A stretch of 64,000 nt of DNA from Callorhinchus milii (taxonomy: Eukaryota), in assembly GCF_018977255.1 (NCBI RefSeq), contig NW_024704743.1:38876001-38940000 (forward strand). The letters run 5' to 3'. Made by a program: the position numbers and the translations under genes. The notes beneath the pieces are model-generated. The model was not told where the DNA came from, ran no database searches, and saw only the letters and a list, made by a program, of their open reading frames with translations. Positions within the stretch are counted from its first letter, which is position 1; every line of letters starts with the position of its first letter. Shown piece by piece: positions 62,971 to 64,000 of this stretch.

Positions 62971-64000
62971 CAACCTTCCACAATAATTAGAAGAGAGCAA
63001 CACATCCAGATCCAACTGCAACTTCCAAGGTGCTCTATCCAAATCTGATCAATAGAGGGCATGAACATTCAAGCTTACATACAGTATCTCACTGTACTGA
63101 AAGAAATACTCTAAGCAAATGAACCAATTTGAAGTGTACAGTAGCAAGCCTGAAACTCATAAGCCACTTCCTCTTCCTAGTTCTTCCCCTCAAGCAACAA
63201 ATCACCCCCTTTTTATTCAATAACATTCAAGAAAGCACCTTGCTTATCTTCACTTGGGTATGCACAGGATCATATTGTTGCACATCACAAGACACAAATC
63301 AGATTTAGATCAAAGCGCTGGAAGAGCAGCATCCTATAGCAAAGATGCACACGCCTACCTCAGTTAATAACAATAATAATCCTTGCGTTTAATATTGCGC
63401 ATTATCACATCATCAAGTTGTCTCAGAGTTTTACAGGAATTACTATGAAGTGTAGTGACTGTATTTGTAGGTGAATGCAGCAGTCAATTTGCGCACAGCA
63501 GTGTCCCACAAAAAGCCATGAAGTGAGCAGTTTTATCTGGGGGATTGTTGGCCAGGACCTCTTTCTCTTTTGAAATGTCATGGAATCTTTAACATCCACC
63601 TGAACCGGCAGAGCCTTGATTTAACGCATCATCCAAAGGATAGCACCTCTGACAGTGCAACACACCAGCAGCGTCAGCCTCGACTGTGAACTCAAATCCC
63701 CAATGTGGGGCTTTAACCAATAACCGGAACTCACTTCTGACGAGTCTAGAAGACGGGAATGCTACGGAGCCAGGCTGACAGCTGTAATGAGATTTAATGA
63801 AAAGCTGATGTAACTGTCCAGTAAGCTGCAGTTCTGCATCGTTCCCAGTTTTGCTCCACACTCATTCACCTTCACAATCTCTGTGACTCTTACAAATCCA
63901 GACCAGAACATTTTGTTATATTCTGCAATGGAATACAAATAGGAAAACAATCTACAGCTGGCATTTAACTCATATTGTACTGAAGCTCTGTGAGGCTGAC

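Overview
Eukaryotic, AT-rich, repeat-dense vertebrate DNA. The SINE/LINE families point to a cartilaginous fish, plausibly a holocephalan such as elephant shark (inference). Two protein-coding genes lie in tandem on the minus strand. ZNF622 is complete: 6 coding exons at 37163..26664, 462 aa by my exon arithmetic, a CpG-island promoter at about 40.7-41.3 kb and a probable non-coding first exon. Of RETREG1/FAM134B, the last six coding exons are present (59605..48818), including the DDFELL LIR motif; its 5' exons were not found in the window. This gene order matches the known vertebrate RETREG1-ZNF622 neighbourhood. Positions 1-26 kb appear intergenic. The remainder is transposon-derived: about 30 copies or fragments of a tRNA-Ala-like/CORE-like/Deu-domain SINE with an L2-type tail, older SacSINE1-like and LF-SINE-like relics, many 5'-truncated L2 LINEs, a young 2.3-kb CR1 with an open RT frame nested inside a SINE, hAT and Tigger-like MITEs, and a 1.85-kb GAGT/GAGGCAGT satellite. 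I see no convincing wholly new gene system. The best leads are (1) a recursive-splice-site-like RETREG1 exon whose removal would give an NMD-immune protein lacking the LIR, (2) a SINE/L2 shared 3' hairpin, (3) a very large YCAY array in ZNF622 intron 1, and (4) a MITE hairpin whose mismatches are all G-U wobbles. Exon boundaries were read base by base; repeat boundaries are approximate and repeat family names come from remembered consensus sequences.
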